Of a DNA stretch of 64,000 nucleotides, positions 1 through 11,167 are shown piece after piece. This DNA is from Octopus sinensis (lineage: Eukaryota): positions 98,146,001 to 98,210,000 of the forward strand of contig NC_043000.1 of the NCBI RefSeq assembly GCF_006345805.1, in the 5' to 3' direction. The translations under genes were made by a program, and so were the position numbers. Within the stretch, counting starts at the first letter, position 1. Each line of letters starts with the position of its first letter. Below the pieces are notes generated by a model that did no database searches, had not been told where the DNA came from, and saw only the letters and a program-made list of their open reading frames with translations.

Positions 1-134
1 CCAGAATGGCTGCAGTACTATCATTAAAAGGATATGAGTACACGCATACACGTGCACGTGTATATATGTGTGTGCGTGTGTGTCTGTGTGAGCTGATGTG
101 TGATTCATTTTGCTTCAATATTGTACCAGACAGA

Positions 135-346
135 AGGTGATGAGCTGGCAGAGACTTTAGCAAACCGGTCGAAATGCTTAGTGGTATTTCGTCTGCCATT
201 ACGTTCTGAGTTCAAATTCCGCCGAGGTCGACTTTGCCTTTCATCCTCGGGGTCGATAAATTAAGTACCAGTTGCGTACTGGGGTCGATCTAATCGTCTG
301 GTCCCCTCCCAAAATCTTTCGGGCCTTGTGCTTCGAGTAGAAGAGA
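135..346 (+). mobile_element. tRNA-derived SINE (octopus OK-like family), relatively intact copy
   Basis: Head GAGCTGGCAGA..GAGTTCAAATTCC with A/B-box-like motifs, body GTCGACTTTGCCTTTCATCC..GGGGTCGATAAATTAAGTACCAG, tail GGCCTTGTGC; many homologous copies in the window. Confidence 0.8.
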
Positions 347-1466
347 ACATTCTACGAGACGGCAGTTTTCAGTAATTATTCCCAAAGGGACCACTGACCA
401 CAATCTTTTATATCTCAATGCCGAATACGTGTATATACATTATATATGTGTGTGTATATATAAATCAGGCTGAAACCGAGTACAGCTCTCCGGCTTGCCA
501 CTTTCAGTCAAATACTGCGTATGTGTGTGTGTGTGTGTTTTGATATCAAGATTGGAAAAATCCACCTTGTTCATAAAAAGATTTTGACCTGGGTTTGCAC
601 CCTCCTAAGCAAATCCTGTTCCCGAGCCACTGGTGACAACGTATTGTTGTTAATTTATAACGTAAATTTTGTCACCACATTTTAATCATTCAAGTAGAAC
701 ACTAACTATATTTTACTTCATCTACACGAAGTAAATATAGTTAGCGAAAGCTGGAAGTTTCTTTCAGTCTTAATTCAGTGCACCATTTCTCAAAACTCAC
801 TGGACATTAACGCCACGAACTAACCACTGATTACTATCAACAATTTTTTCCGTTCTTATAAGCATTCAGATGATGATCTACAGTGTTTATAAGAACTCAT
901 AGTATATCTATAATACCACTTAACGCTCCATACTAATTGTCACTGTCCAAGCTCAAATTTAGGAATAACAATCTTCCACCAATTTGCAAGTCAATGAATG
1001 GTAGCAGCAAAGAGGTTCGACAGGAAATAGGAGAAATACAGATGAAAGGATGGAAAATGACGCTGAACTATAATAAAAAGGTTGAATCATTATTCCCGTA
1101 AATACAATAACTTAGAGGACAATCGACAAGCAACTGTTAATTTACTGCCCATTTCGATGAAAAAAAAACAAACAAAACTTTCGATATTTTGTGTTGAAGT
1201 TATTTCCCTTGACATAGTGTCGAGTGTTAATAGTTATCTCCCTTCTATCAACTTCGTGGAACCTGATGGAACGAACAAACCAATGATTTATATTATTTTT
1301 ACATTCAAGTCCATGTTTGCAATAAGTGTCGTGTGGTAGAAATAAACGCAATTACCAAACTTTCATTCATAAATCCATTTATTATTTCGTTCTTTTGCAT
1401 TTCAATTTGTTCATTTGTACCCAGAAATTTTCAACAACAGCACGCCAGAAGAAACGGGGAAAAAAA

Positions 1467-1715
1467 ATCCCAGAATTAAACTTACCCCAAGTGATGCAAA
1501 TTTTCCATTCACACTAAACAGACTTTAGTTTCCACTTAGACTTCCATATCCAATGACAATTAATAAGGCTCAAGGGCAAGCATTTGAAAAAGTTGGAATA
1601 CATTTGCCTCAACCAGTATTTTCTCATTTTCAAGAGCACAAGCTATGAACAGTATCAAAGTAAGAGATATGATACTTATTGGGATAACAGACAAGGCCAA
1701 AAACGTGGTGTGACA
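1467..1715 (+). mobile_element. Helitron Rep/helicase (PIF1-like) C-terminal fragment, decayed
   Basis: Manual translation [68 protein letters not shown] matches the PIF1/Helitron motifs [18 protein letters not shown] and VFSHGQLY. Confidence 0.8.
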
Positions 1716-1717
1716 TA

Positions 1718-2070
1718 CTTGGAATTTTCCAAAAAGTCCTTCCTCCCCTTCTCCTCGGAATTTTCCAGGAAGTACTTACCCCTCCACGGACTTTCCCAGG
1801 AAGTCCCACTCACCCTCACCTTCATACTTTTCCAGGAAATCCTTTATCCCCTCCTTGAAAATCTTCCAGGAAGTCACACTCACCCTCCTTGGAATTTTCC
1901 AGGAAATACTCCCCAACATCAGACTTTTCCAGGAAGTCCTTCTCCCCCTCCTTGAAATTTCCCAGGAATTCCCACTCACCCTTCTTCTGAATTTTCCAGG
2001 AAGTCCCACTCACCCCTTCTCCTTCCTCCTCCTCCCATTCCTCATCTTCCACCCTTTCTTCCACTTCCTC
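1718..2070. repeat. Degenerate minisatellite, ~30-36 bp unit (GGAATTTTCCAGGAAGTCC..CCCCTCCTT), about 9 units
   Basis: Repeated TTCCAGGAA cores at 1763, 1830, 1864, 1897, 1927, 1994 plus variants. Confidence 0.85.
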
Positions 2071-2289
2071 GCATGTTTTGTTTTAATAAAAATTTATGTT
2101 TATCAATTAGAATTTTATAATATTGATATTTTTCACCAATTGTCTTAATATTTTACATATTTTTCATGTATAGCAAAAGTTGTTTTCGATGTTTATACAG
2201 TTTCTTGGCATTATAAAGGTGAATGTGAACTTAGTACAGATAATTTGACATTATTTTTGAATTCTGCATGCAAAAACATATGAGATACA

Positions 2290-4882
2290 GGTATGATTCT
2301 AAATTAGAGCAAATGAAAGGGAAAACTCATTGGGATACTAAAAGGAAATGCCATGTCCTTGGCACCCCAAAACAGCGATATCTCACCAAAGCAGTTCGTT
2401 TGTTTTACTCAAATTTGGCTGGTGTCAAAAACTCTGATTGACTATTTGATTCTGCTGCTAATGTAGCTAAATGCTGCTCTGAAAAATATCTGAAAGGCAA
2501 ACTCAACAGTGTTGAAAAAATTCCAAAGAAACATTTTAGAGTTGCTGGAGGAGGTAGCAAAACAAAAGCACCAGGCATGAGAGATGCCTTGTTTGAATGG
2601 TTTGTGGATGTTAGAACATCGCTACATGTGAGATTATCACAAGCTCTTTTTCTATTACAGGCTAAGAAATTTCATGAGGAGTGGATTTGCCAACACCCAG
2701 ACACACCAACTGAGGAAAAGCTTTGTTTTTCAAAAAGTTGGATGAAAGGTTGACAAAAAGAGTATGGAGTTATAAAACCTTGCTTCAGTTGAGAGTAAAT
2801 AATATAAATTTTGTCCTATTGTAAATTTCTAAACAAACCCATATCAATCCTCAAAGAGCAATGTGTTGAGCGCATTAAGGATTATTTGAAGAAGATGTGG
2901 TGTATGCGGGAGATTTGAAATAAGAACACCTACCTTCTTTTCGTTGACGGAGACCTCTCCAGTGGTAATGCACCCTTCCACGCAGCCTGTCCCGAACACT
3001 AGAAATAGCAGCTGCTTTTCCCCTACCTTAACAATGAGCTCACACATCTGACTTGCTTGGCTACCTTGATCGAAAAGGCCCAATGCTGCCCTGCCTGTGT
3101 GCGCGTCACTCCTGCTCCTTCCTCTTCCGGTCAGCCCCAAGTTCCGGCCAGCTCCCCAGCTGCTGACGTCATCCCGCAGAAGATATGGAGTGTGTGTCGT
3201 TATTTCCTTGACAAAATTGGTGTGGATCCTTCTATTATCAATGGAGATCAAATGCCCTTGCACTGGAATGAAAGTAGTGGACAACCTACCTTATCATTCA
3301 GAAATCAAGATACATTCGTCGAAGAAAACCACTATTTGTCTAAGGAACTTATCACAGTGTCCACCCAGGTTAGCAATGATACCAAAATCAATCTTATTCC
3401 AGAGTTTGTATTTAAAGGAACTGGAAAAAGACCATCACTATGGAATGCCTCACCTTCAAAGAAATATCAGCGGTCTCCTAAAGGTGCTTATAAATTAAAA
3501 CAGCTGCTCTGTACTATTGGAAACTTTCCAAACCGATTCAATATGTTTTCACATGCAAACTTTGCCATTTATGTGCTTGATGATTACATGGTACATTTGA
3601 TGCCAAAGGTGAGAGACACCTGCTGGAAAAGGGGTTATGTGTTAGTCATCATCAGAGATAGTATCACTGGATTTGTTCAAGTTAATGGCATACACTTGCA
3701 CAAACAACTGAAAGCAAAATATTGTGAAATAGAGAAAGCAAAGATGCTAGAAAAATAATTCAAACTCTGAATAAAATACCCAATCAATCTGAGATGATGC
3801 AGATGCTACATCAAGCACATGAAGATTGCAAGATTGATGTCGAAGCTGCTTTCAAGTCGATGTAGGCCACAAATGCTTTTGACGGCTCTGAAGATTATAA
3901 GGTGTCAGAATGAATCATGCACCTCATTGGTTCATCAATGTGAGAGTTTGAAAAAGCTGCCAAAAGTGAGTGGGAAGATGAAAGCAAGCCACCTGGGAAT
4001 CTTTTGGAGGTGATTGACCCATCTTGAGAAATCCTCATGGAGGTTTCGCAGGAGCCAAAGCACAGTCAGCCAAACATGATGAGGGGATGCTCTATCTCTC
4101 TTGTAGGAATCAGCAGTGATGATCAAGTTAATAAAGATGCCCTGTTCCTTGAAAAAATACTCATGTCAACTGTCAGTGAAACTCAGTGATCCATAAAGAT
4201 GTGAATATTGAAACTGAGAAACCTGCAGAAGGACAGTGATGAAAAATCATGAGTTTATCATTTATACCTATTTAAGGAGTGCTATGTTTTATTATGTAAA
4301 GTTTGATAAATACTGCAAGTTCACAAAGCAGTAATTATACTCTTTGCATTGTGTTTTACTTTTCTTTCTAAGACAAGTTGCTTGCATCAATACCTGTTTA
4401 GTCCACAGCATTTAGAAAGAATCCCATCATTACCATAATTGACAAATGTCTTATTTTTATTATCCAAATGTATCTCTTAATTAAAGTGATGCACACGTAT
4501 GTGCTAATTTCACTTCCCTCTTGTTCACTTCTTTTGCCTTGTTGTGTTGTCATATGTGCTGCAAGATGCTTTTTACTAATTTTCGCACATATACTATACA
4601 GTTACTGATTACCCCCTCCCCATTTACTGCAACCCACTCCCTTATATGAATTTAAGCAAATATCCAGCCCACCCGCTTATTGCAACACCCCCTATTATTT
4701 GGTTTTAAAAAAAATCAAGGGAGAGAAACTAGAACATTTTAAGATTTTATATAGCTACCACTACACAATTACAGATTTTCCACCCCGCCCCTGTTTATTC
4801 CAGCCCACCCGTTTATATGAATTTAAGCAAATGTCCCACCCACCTGCTTTTTCCAGCCCTGGCTATTTTGGGACCCAAGAGT
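2290..4882 (+). mobile_element. pogo/Tigger-like DNA transposon remnant (CENP-B-type HTH plus DDE_1 transposase pseudogene) with subterminal repeats at the right end
   Basis: FRVAGGGSKTKAPGMRDALFEWFVDVR..FSKSWMKG*QKEYGV (HTH); NGDQMPLHWNE, YVLDDYMVHL, ITGFVQVNGIHLHKQLKAKY (DDE_1-like); repeated TTATATGAATTTAAGCAAAT..CCCACC at ~4641 and ~4813. Left terminus not identified. Confidence 0.75.
2896..3178. mobile_element. Solo LTR (283 bp) inserted in the transposase gene
   Basis: TG...CA termini, 5-bp TSD GAAGA (2891-2895 and 3179-3183); excision restores the frame DYLKKIWSV; CpG-rich relative to its flanks. Confidence 0.75.
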
Positions 4883-5337
4883 AGTTTTCCTTAATGTCCT
4901 CTTGTAGATACTAAAGGGATACATAGATAAGTTCTTATCCATGTATGAGATGTTGATTACATACTTAATCTGTTAAGCTTGTACATGTCACAGAAAAAAA
5001 AAACATCTATTGTCAAAAGACTTGACAATAACAACACTATAGGTGGAAATTGCATGACAATGACACTACAAAAAGATATGCCTCTGTGAATTTGTTTATA
5101 GTAAATCAAGCATGCACTGCATACAATTCCTGTAGTACAATAAAGATATGAGACAACTGGACGATACTAAATTCTCAGGTTTCATATCAGTGTATCCTAT
5201 CTTTTAGTCCTTCCTAAAACAAAAAGATCCACAAGACAGAATGGGTTTAAATTCCTAGTGTTTTGTCTTCAAGATTGTTTCCAATAACACCACATCTAAG
5301 GAACCATGTTTACTTCTTTTGTAGATAGTTGTTCTGA

Positions 5338-5720
5338 CAGATGGCTGTGTGGTGAGAAGTTTGCTTTGCAACCACATGGTTCTGGGTTCAATCCACTGCA
5401 AGGAATCTTTGCGAAGTATTTTCTGTTATAGCCCTGGGCCAACCAAAGCTAGTTGAGTGGATTTGGTAGATAGAAAACAAAAGAAGCCCATCATGTATGT
5501 TCGTGTGTGTGTGTGTATGTGTGCGTGTGTGTCTTTGTCCCCTTCCACTGCTTGACAACCGGTGTCGGTTTGTTTACACCCCTATAACTTAGTGGTCTGA
5601 TATAATAAGTACCAGGCAAAAAAAAAAAAAAATAAAAGTACTATGATCAATTTGTCTGACTAAAACTCTTCAAGGCAGTGCTCCAGCATGGCAACAGTCT
5701 AATGATTGAAACAAGAGAAA
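5338..5720 (+). mobile_element. tRNA-derived SINE (OR1/OR2-like) with internal (TG)n
   Basis: ATGGCTGTGTGGT..AACCACATGGTTCTGGGTTCA..GAGTGGATTTGGTAGA..AAAGAAGCCC; many related copies in both orientations (e.g. 11187-11348, 19925-20315, 40838-41188, 52570-52940, 55425-55872). Confidence 0.7.
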
Positions 5721-5848
5721 AAATTTAAAAAATAACCACCATGTCTAAGAAGGCTCATTTGCTCCTTTTCTAGATAAAAGTTATGACAAGAACTAGGATT
5801 CTATCACACCCTAATTAGTCTTAGTGTGCTCATTCACAATCTTGAGTA

Positions 5849-6170
5849 AGGTGGCATAGCTTAGCAGTATTTCTTCTGTTTTTAGATTCTGAAGTCAGCT
5901 TTACTTTTCATCCTTTCAGGGTCGATAAATTAAGTACCTGTTGGGGTCAATTTAATTGACTGGCCCCCTCCCCTAAAATTTTGGGCTTTGTGTCTATTTC
6001 TTCTGTCTTTACATTCTGAGTTCAAATTCCACCGAGGTCAGTTTTGCTTTTCATCCTTTCGGGCTCAATAAAATAAGTACCAGTTGCATAAATTAAGTAC
6101 CAGCTGGGGTTGATCTAATCGAATAGCCCCTTCCCAAAGAATTTTGGGCTTTGTGTCTAGAGCAGAAAAG
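5849..6170 (+). mobile_element. OK-like SINE with internal tandem duplication, flanked by a 17-bp TSD
   Basis: ATTCACAATCTTGAGTA (5832-5848) / ATTCACAATCTCGAGTA (6171-6187); SINE body present twice. Confidence 0.7.
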
Positions 6171-8649
6171 ATTCACAATCTCGAGTATTTCAATATCATT
6201 GTACTTTATTGATGAAGAAGGATGGTGCACTGAATTGAAATTGGTTTGTAGACATAAGGCAGTCTGTTTCAATGTCCTTATACAACATTAGTAGAATTCT
6301 AGGTGTGTCAAGAAGTTTTGGAGCATGATGATTTTGTACTGTTTTCAGATGGTTGTATTAATGATACTCAGAGGTTTGTTGCTTGTTCTAGTTGGAACAA
6401 CCTTACTCAAAAAATAGGTTGCCCTGATAAATAAATCACTTTTAATAATGATCATAGTTGAGGTAAAACAAACATTGATTGTTGTTGTTTAACCCCAGGT
6501 CAACTTTGATAAAACAGACATTCCAGCCACTGTTATCACCCCATCATTTTTAGGCATGGTGTATCTAAGACTACATTTTGCAATGTGTCCTTTTCGTAAG
6601 GTATTGGAGAGTATGGATTGAAGAAGATTTTGGTTGTCATTTCTAACAAACTGAGTGACTGCATAGCATCTCTTTTGTTGGGTTGTATTTATTTGGTTAT
6701 TCTCAGCTGGTGGTTGGTAATTTGACAATGAGCATGTGGCATAAATTATGTAATACAGCAAAAGGATTAATTCTGCAAAGAAAAGCATACTTAGTGCAGC
6801 TGTGATATCGGGATTAAAATCGTGAAAGAGAGAGAGAGAGAGAGGGTGTGCTTGGTGATTGTGAGATTGTAATTTCAATGTACTAATATCTAAGAGCTTA
6901 TTCCTGCTGTCATATAGTGGTAAGCTCCTAGAAAGCTAAGTTTGTGATACAGCTTCAGTTCTAGACTAAGCCAATATCTCTCTCTCACACACTTTTTCTT
7001 GTCTCTTGTCCAAATTGTTAACAATTCTCACATTGTCTTTCTCTCATTCCTTGGAAAGTGTCACAAGTGAAAACAAAGAGTCAAACTTTGGTAACCTGAC
7101 GTTGCTTTATATCTTTTAATCTCAACTGCTCTTAGATTGGTTTTTAACATTGTTGTAAGATAATGTGATTTTGTGGGAAAATCAACCTAATTAAGTATCT
7201 AGTACTAATTACATTGATTAAAAAAAAGAAAAAAGAAAAAAGAAAAATAAGGCAAATTCAGCTACAGTGTGAGTTGAACTCAGAACTGTAAGATTAAAAT
7301 TGACATAGGTATGGTTTTATTGATAATTTTGATTTGAAATTATATGGTTTTGGATTCAATTCCTCTGCATGATATCTTGAGCAAGTGTCATCAACCATTT
7401 TTCATTCATGAAGTTTGGTAGATTGGAAGTGGATGGGAGTCTGCAGGAGGGACCATTCCTGGTTTCTTGATGGTAAACTTATCTGTTTTCCCCATTTACT
7501 ATTGCCATCTGACACTTAGCTGAGTTCACTCTGCTGCAAGAATAATGCAGGCCAGGTCTTCAGTTTGAGACTGATTTCCTCCAACCACTCTCAGTGACTC
7601 TGAAAAGTATCACAGACACCACCCTTCCTTTTTTGATTAAATCAAGAAAAAGAAAAAAAAGAAGTAAAAAAAAAAACTGGTGTTTAACCCTACTGTCTAA
7701 TCCCTAGTTGCCTTTTGCTAAGTTCTTGCAAATATTTGGACAAAACTCTCCACCCACATTTTCCTGTTGATGAGCAGGCTGGGTGGGTATCAGCAAAATC
7801 AATTATCAGTCTTAGAAGGCTGCTGCACCTATTCAACCTTCTGAGTAATCTAAAAAGTTACATATAAAACTATATGAATACTGTGAGGAATGTTGTCAGC
7901 TATTCTACTGATTTTGTCATCCATCACCATTATTAACCCTGACATTATCAAGGTATATATACCCTGTTTTCAGATTGTGTACCAAAATTCTACCTTGAGC
8001 TAACAGATTTATGAAGTCAGGGCTAATCTGTGTTTCCAAGTTATTTAGGAAATTGAGAATATAAGGCTCCTCCATGTATAAAACTTCACCAGTCTGATGC
8101 AAAATTAACATACAACTGCTACCTGCTATTGGTACTCATTTTCAGCTGAGTGGATTGGTGCAATGTGAAATGAAATACTTTGCTCAAGGACACTATATGC
8201 CACCAGTCTGAAAATAGAACCTATGACCTAAAGATTGTGAGCCCAATAACCTAACTGCATACATCTTTAATAGGTTGTGAACTATGTTTATTATATGATG
8301 TATTGGTGTATGTGTCAGCTTGTGGTAAAGATCTGACAATAAAAGAACACAAAAGCTACATAGTACTTTAGTACTCACATAAATTGTAAAGCATCTTTTT
8401 TTTCTTTCTTAACGAATACTGAATAGTAAAAATAAATAGAAATATAGATCTTGCTTACATAACCACAATGAAACTAGGTAATGTTCCAACACTTGCCCTA
8501 CATTTTAGCCTCACAACTTGCTTCCCAACCATATAGTCTTGCCAGCTTGGACAAGTGTTTTGTACTATAGCTCTGGAGAAATGAAAGCCATGTGAGGTGA
8601 TTTGGTAAATGGAAACTGAAAGAAACTTGTCATATATATATATATATAA

Positions 8650-8719
8650 AGTTAATCCAAACATGAAAACACAAAGAGAAAACACAACAATGCGAGGACG
8701 TGGAACAAATATAGTATTA
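8650..8719 (-). mobile_element. Terminal fragment of the hammerhead-bearing repeat family seen at 37509-38016, embedded in (TA)n
   Basis: GTTAATCCAAACATGAAAACAC..GAGGACGTGGAACAAATATAGTATTATT is closely similar to 37510-37577; flanked by (TA)n on both sides. Confidence 0.7.
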
Positions 8720-8838
8720 TTATATATATATATATCTGTGTGTGAGTGTGTATATATATATATATCTGTGTGTGTCTATATATATGATATATATATATAT
8801 ATATATGATATATATATATATGTATATATATATATATC

Positions 8839-8902
<64 letters not shown>
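8720..8902. repeat. Compound (TA)n/(TG)n microsatellite
   Basis: Direct inspection; explains the YI/IY-rich spurious ORFs. Confidence 0.95.
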
Positions 8903-8907
<5 letters not shown>

Positions 8908-9228
8908 TGACAGATTTTCTGAACATCTGTGAATATCCACCTCCAAAAAGTGACTTTTGCTATACCAACCACTTAACTGTCTTCAATCTGGCCTTGCTCC
9001 ATATAGCCACCACCGGATATAAATTGCTATTCTTTATTATAAATTCATTATATATAGTCCACTCTTCTGAGTGGTCGGTGTTAGGAAGGGCATCCATCTC
9101 TAAAAATCCTGCCAAAACAGTCACAGAAGTCTGGTGCAGGCTTCTACCTGGCCAGCTCTTGTGAAACCCTTCCACCCATGCTAGCATGGAAGGCGGATGT
9201 TAAACAATGATGATGATGATGATGATAT

Positions 9229-9581
9229 GTGTGTACAGTTTGTTACAGATCATGCCTTTCTTTCGCTGAGCTCAAATCTCATTTGCAGACTCATGGAAAA
9301 CGAACCTCAACAAACTATTCTGCCTATATGTCTGTGCACACATTTCAGTATCATGTATGCCATAAGGTCTGCAAATCTAACAAAGGCCTCAAAAGAGATT
9401 TTAAGATCCACAATGATCAGAACTTAATTGCAGCACTTAGTGGTCTAAATTGGACATGCAATCTATGTGTGTGTCTTTTCAAAACATTGTCTGATTTAAA
9501 AAGCCACATCAGACGCCATGATGGTTCTAAAGTGTAGGTACAGGGGGTGATCAGACACTACATAAGGACTAGACAACCACC
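9229..9581 (+). mobile_element. Decayed triple C2H2 zinc-finger segment, probably the 3' end of a LINE ORF plus a short 3' UTR
   Basis: CTVC..LKSHLQTH; (Y)HVC..LKRDFKIH (degenerate); CNLC..LKSHIRRH; long non-TGEKP linkers; stop then short tail running into (TA)/(TG) microsatellite. Confidence 0.55.
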
Positions 9582-9615
9582 ATATATGTATGTATGTATG
9601 TGTGTGTGTGTGTGT

Positions 9616-9668
<53 letters not shown>

Positions 9669-9721
9669 ATGTATGTATGTATGTATGTATGAATGAATGA
9701 ATGAATGATCTATATGCTGAG

Positions 9722-10597
9722 TCAATGGGCAGACAAAAACAAAAGGCAACTAAACGAGGGAAAATTTGAGCTGATGCATTTTGGATGAAAGTTCACACTA
9801 AAACAGCCATACTCTCTTCCTTTAGGGGAACCATTCACAGCCTCTAACAATATCAGAGACCTGGGTGTAACTGTTGATGACAATCTCAGTTGGAGTGCCC
9901 ACCTCAAAAATAAGGTTGATCTAACTCATAGGATGAGCTCCTGGATCTTAAGAACCTTCCGGTCCAGAGAACAAGATGTCATCATACCACTTTTCTCCTC
10001 CTTTGTACGGTCACACCTCGAATACTGCTGCCCATTGTGGTCTCCCCATACAAGACAAAACATCTCGAGGATTGAATCACCCTAGAGGGCACCCACTAAA
10101 CGAATTGAAGGCATGACTGCTCTCGATTATTGGGACTGCCTTAAAGCCTTGAAACTCTACACTCTCCAGCGCTGCCACGAGCGGTTCATCATTTGTACGA
10201 TGTGGAGAATATACCGCCAACTTTGCCCAAATGACCTGAACATTAGTTTCAAGGTTCATCAAAGGCTGGGACCACGGGCCATACGTCTCCCACCCAATTC
10301 AGGATCACAGCATATAGGTACACTGCAACATAATTTCTTTTCCTCAACAGGTCCTGCTCTATTTAACATTGTCCCGAAAGAGATCAAAGAGGAAAAGGAT
10401 CCCATCACCTTTAAACGGAGTTTGGACAGATTTCTTCAAGGAATACCGGATAAGCCACCCATACCTGGATACAACTCACTCCTTGAATGGACCATAAACA
10501 GAACTTGACTTAAACAGGATTTAGATAATCCTATCAGGTGGTGCTATTAAGTTAGACATGGCCTGGACCAATCTTTGGTCGAAACATATCTAAGTTT
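9722..10597 (+). mobile_element. 5'-truncated CR1/Jockey-group LINE (RT thumb/C-terminal region and 3' UTR)
   Basis: WADKNKRQLNEGKF..IRDLGVTVDDNLSWSAH..ILRTFRSRE..VRSHLEYCCPLWSPH..LKLYTLQR; in-frame stops; ends in (TA)n. Confidence 0.85.
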
Positions 10598-10616
10598 ATA
10601 TATATATATATATTTG

Positions 10617-11167
10617 CTTGTGAAGACCTGTTGAGGCAAGTGAAATCAAAATCAAAATCGATGACTGGCATCCGTGCTAGCGGGGTGCGAAGAGCACCAT
10701 ACGAGTGTGATCGTTGACAGAGCAGATAACCGGCTTCCGTGCCAGTGGCACTTAAAAGGCACCATTCGAGTGTGCTTACTGGCACTCAAGCCCTGTGCTA
10801 GTAGGGTATTAAGAACATTATCCGAGTGTGATCATTGCCAGAGTGGCTATATGGTCTCCGTGCCGGTGGCACGTAAAACACACCATTTGAGTGTGACCGT
10901 TACCAGCATTGCCTTACTGGCACCTGTGCCGGTGGCATGTGTAAAAGATTCGAGTGAGGTCGTTGCCAGTACTGCCTGAATGGCCCCGTGCTGGTGGCAT
11001 GTAAAAGCACCCATTACACTCTGAGTGGTTGGCATTAGGAAGGGCATCCAGCTGTAGAAACTCTGCCAGATCAAGATTGAAGCCTGGTGCAGCCATCTGG
11101 TTCGCCAGCCCTCAGTCAAATCGTCCAACCCATGCTAGCATGGAAAGCGGACGTTAAACGATGATGA
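10617..11167 (+). mobile_element. Non-autonomous retroposon with internal ~65-70 bp tandem units and a (GAT)n tail
   Basis: Repeated GTGCCGGTGGCACGTAAAA..CACCATTCGAGTGTG units; 3' end GGCATTAGGAAGGGCATCCAGCTGTAGAAA..CCATGCTAGCATGGAAAGCGGACGTTAAACGATGATG shared with many copies. Confidence 0.75.

Noticed and set aside
866-1067. C/D box snoRNA-like pattern TTCAG-ATGATGA...CTGAA (also 12607-12666)
   Set aside because: Spacing atypical, no recognisable guide sequence and no host intron context
1479-1486. Strong minus-strand splice donor (GGTAAGT) suggesting an exon
   Set aside because: Falls inside the plus-strand Helitron helicase remnant; no supporting exon
8609-9164. Long ORFs rich in YI/IY/CV/TH (also ~22100-22600, 37500-37900, 49200-49900)
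   Set aside because: Translations of (TA)n/(TG)n/(CA)n microsatellites, not genes
10560-10592. CCTG-hairpin-GAAAC resembling a hammerhead
   Set aside because: Lacks the ANGA of the core and any stem III or cleavage triplet; better explained as a LINE 3' stem-loop
10660-11040. Regularly spaced palindromic repeats resembling a CRISPR array
   Set aside because: The spacers are homologous to each other, the context is a eukaryotic retroposon, and there are no cas genes
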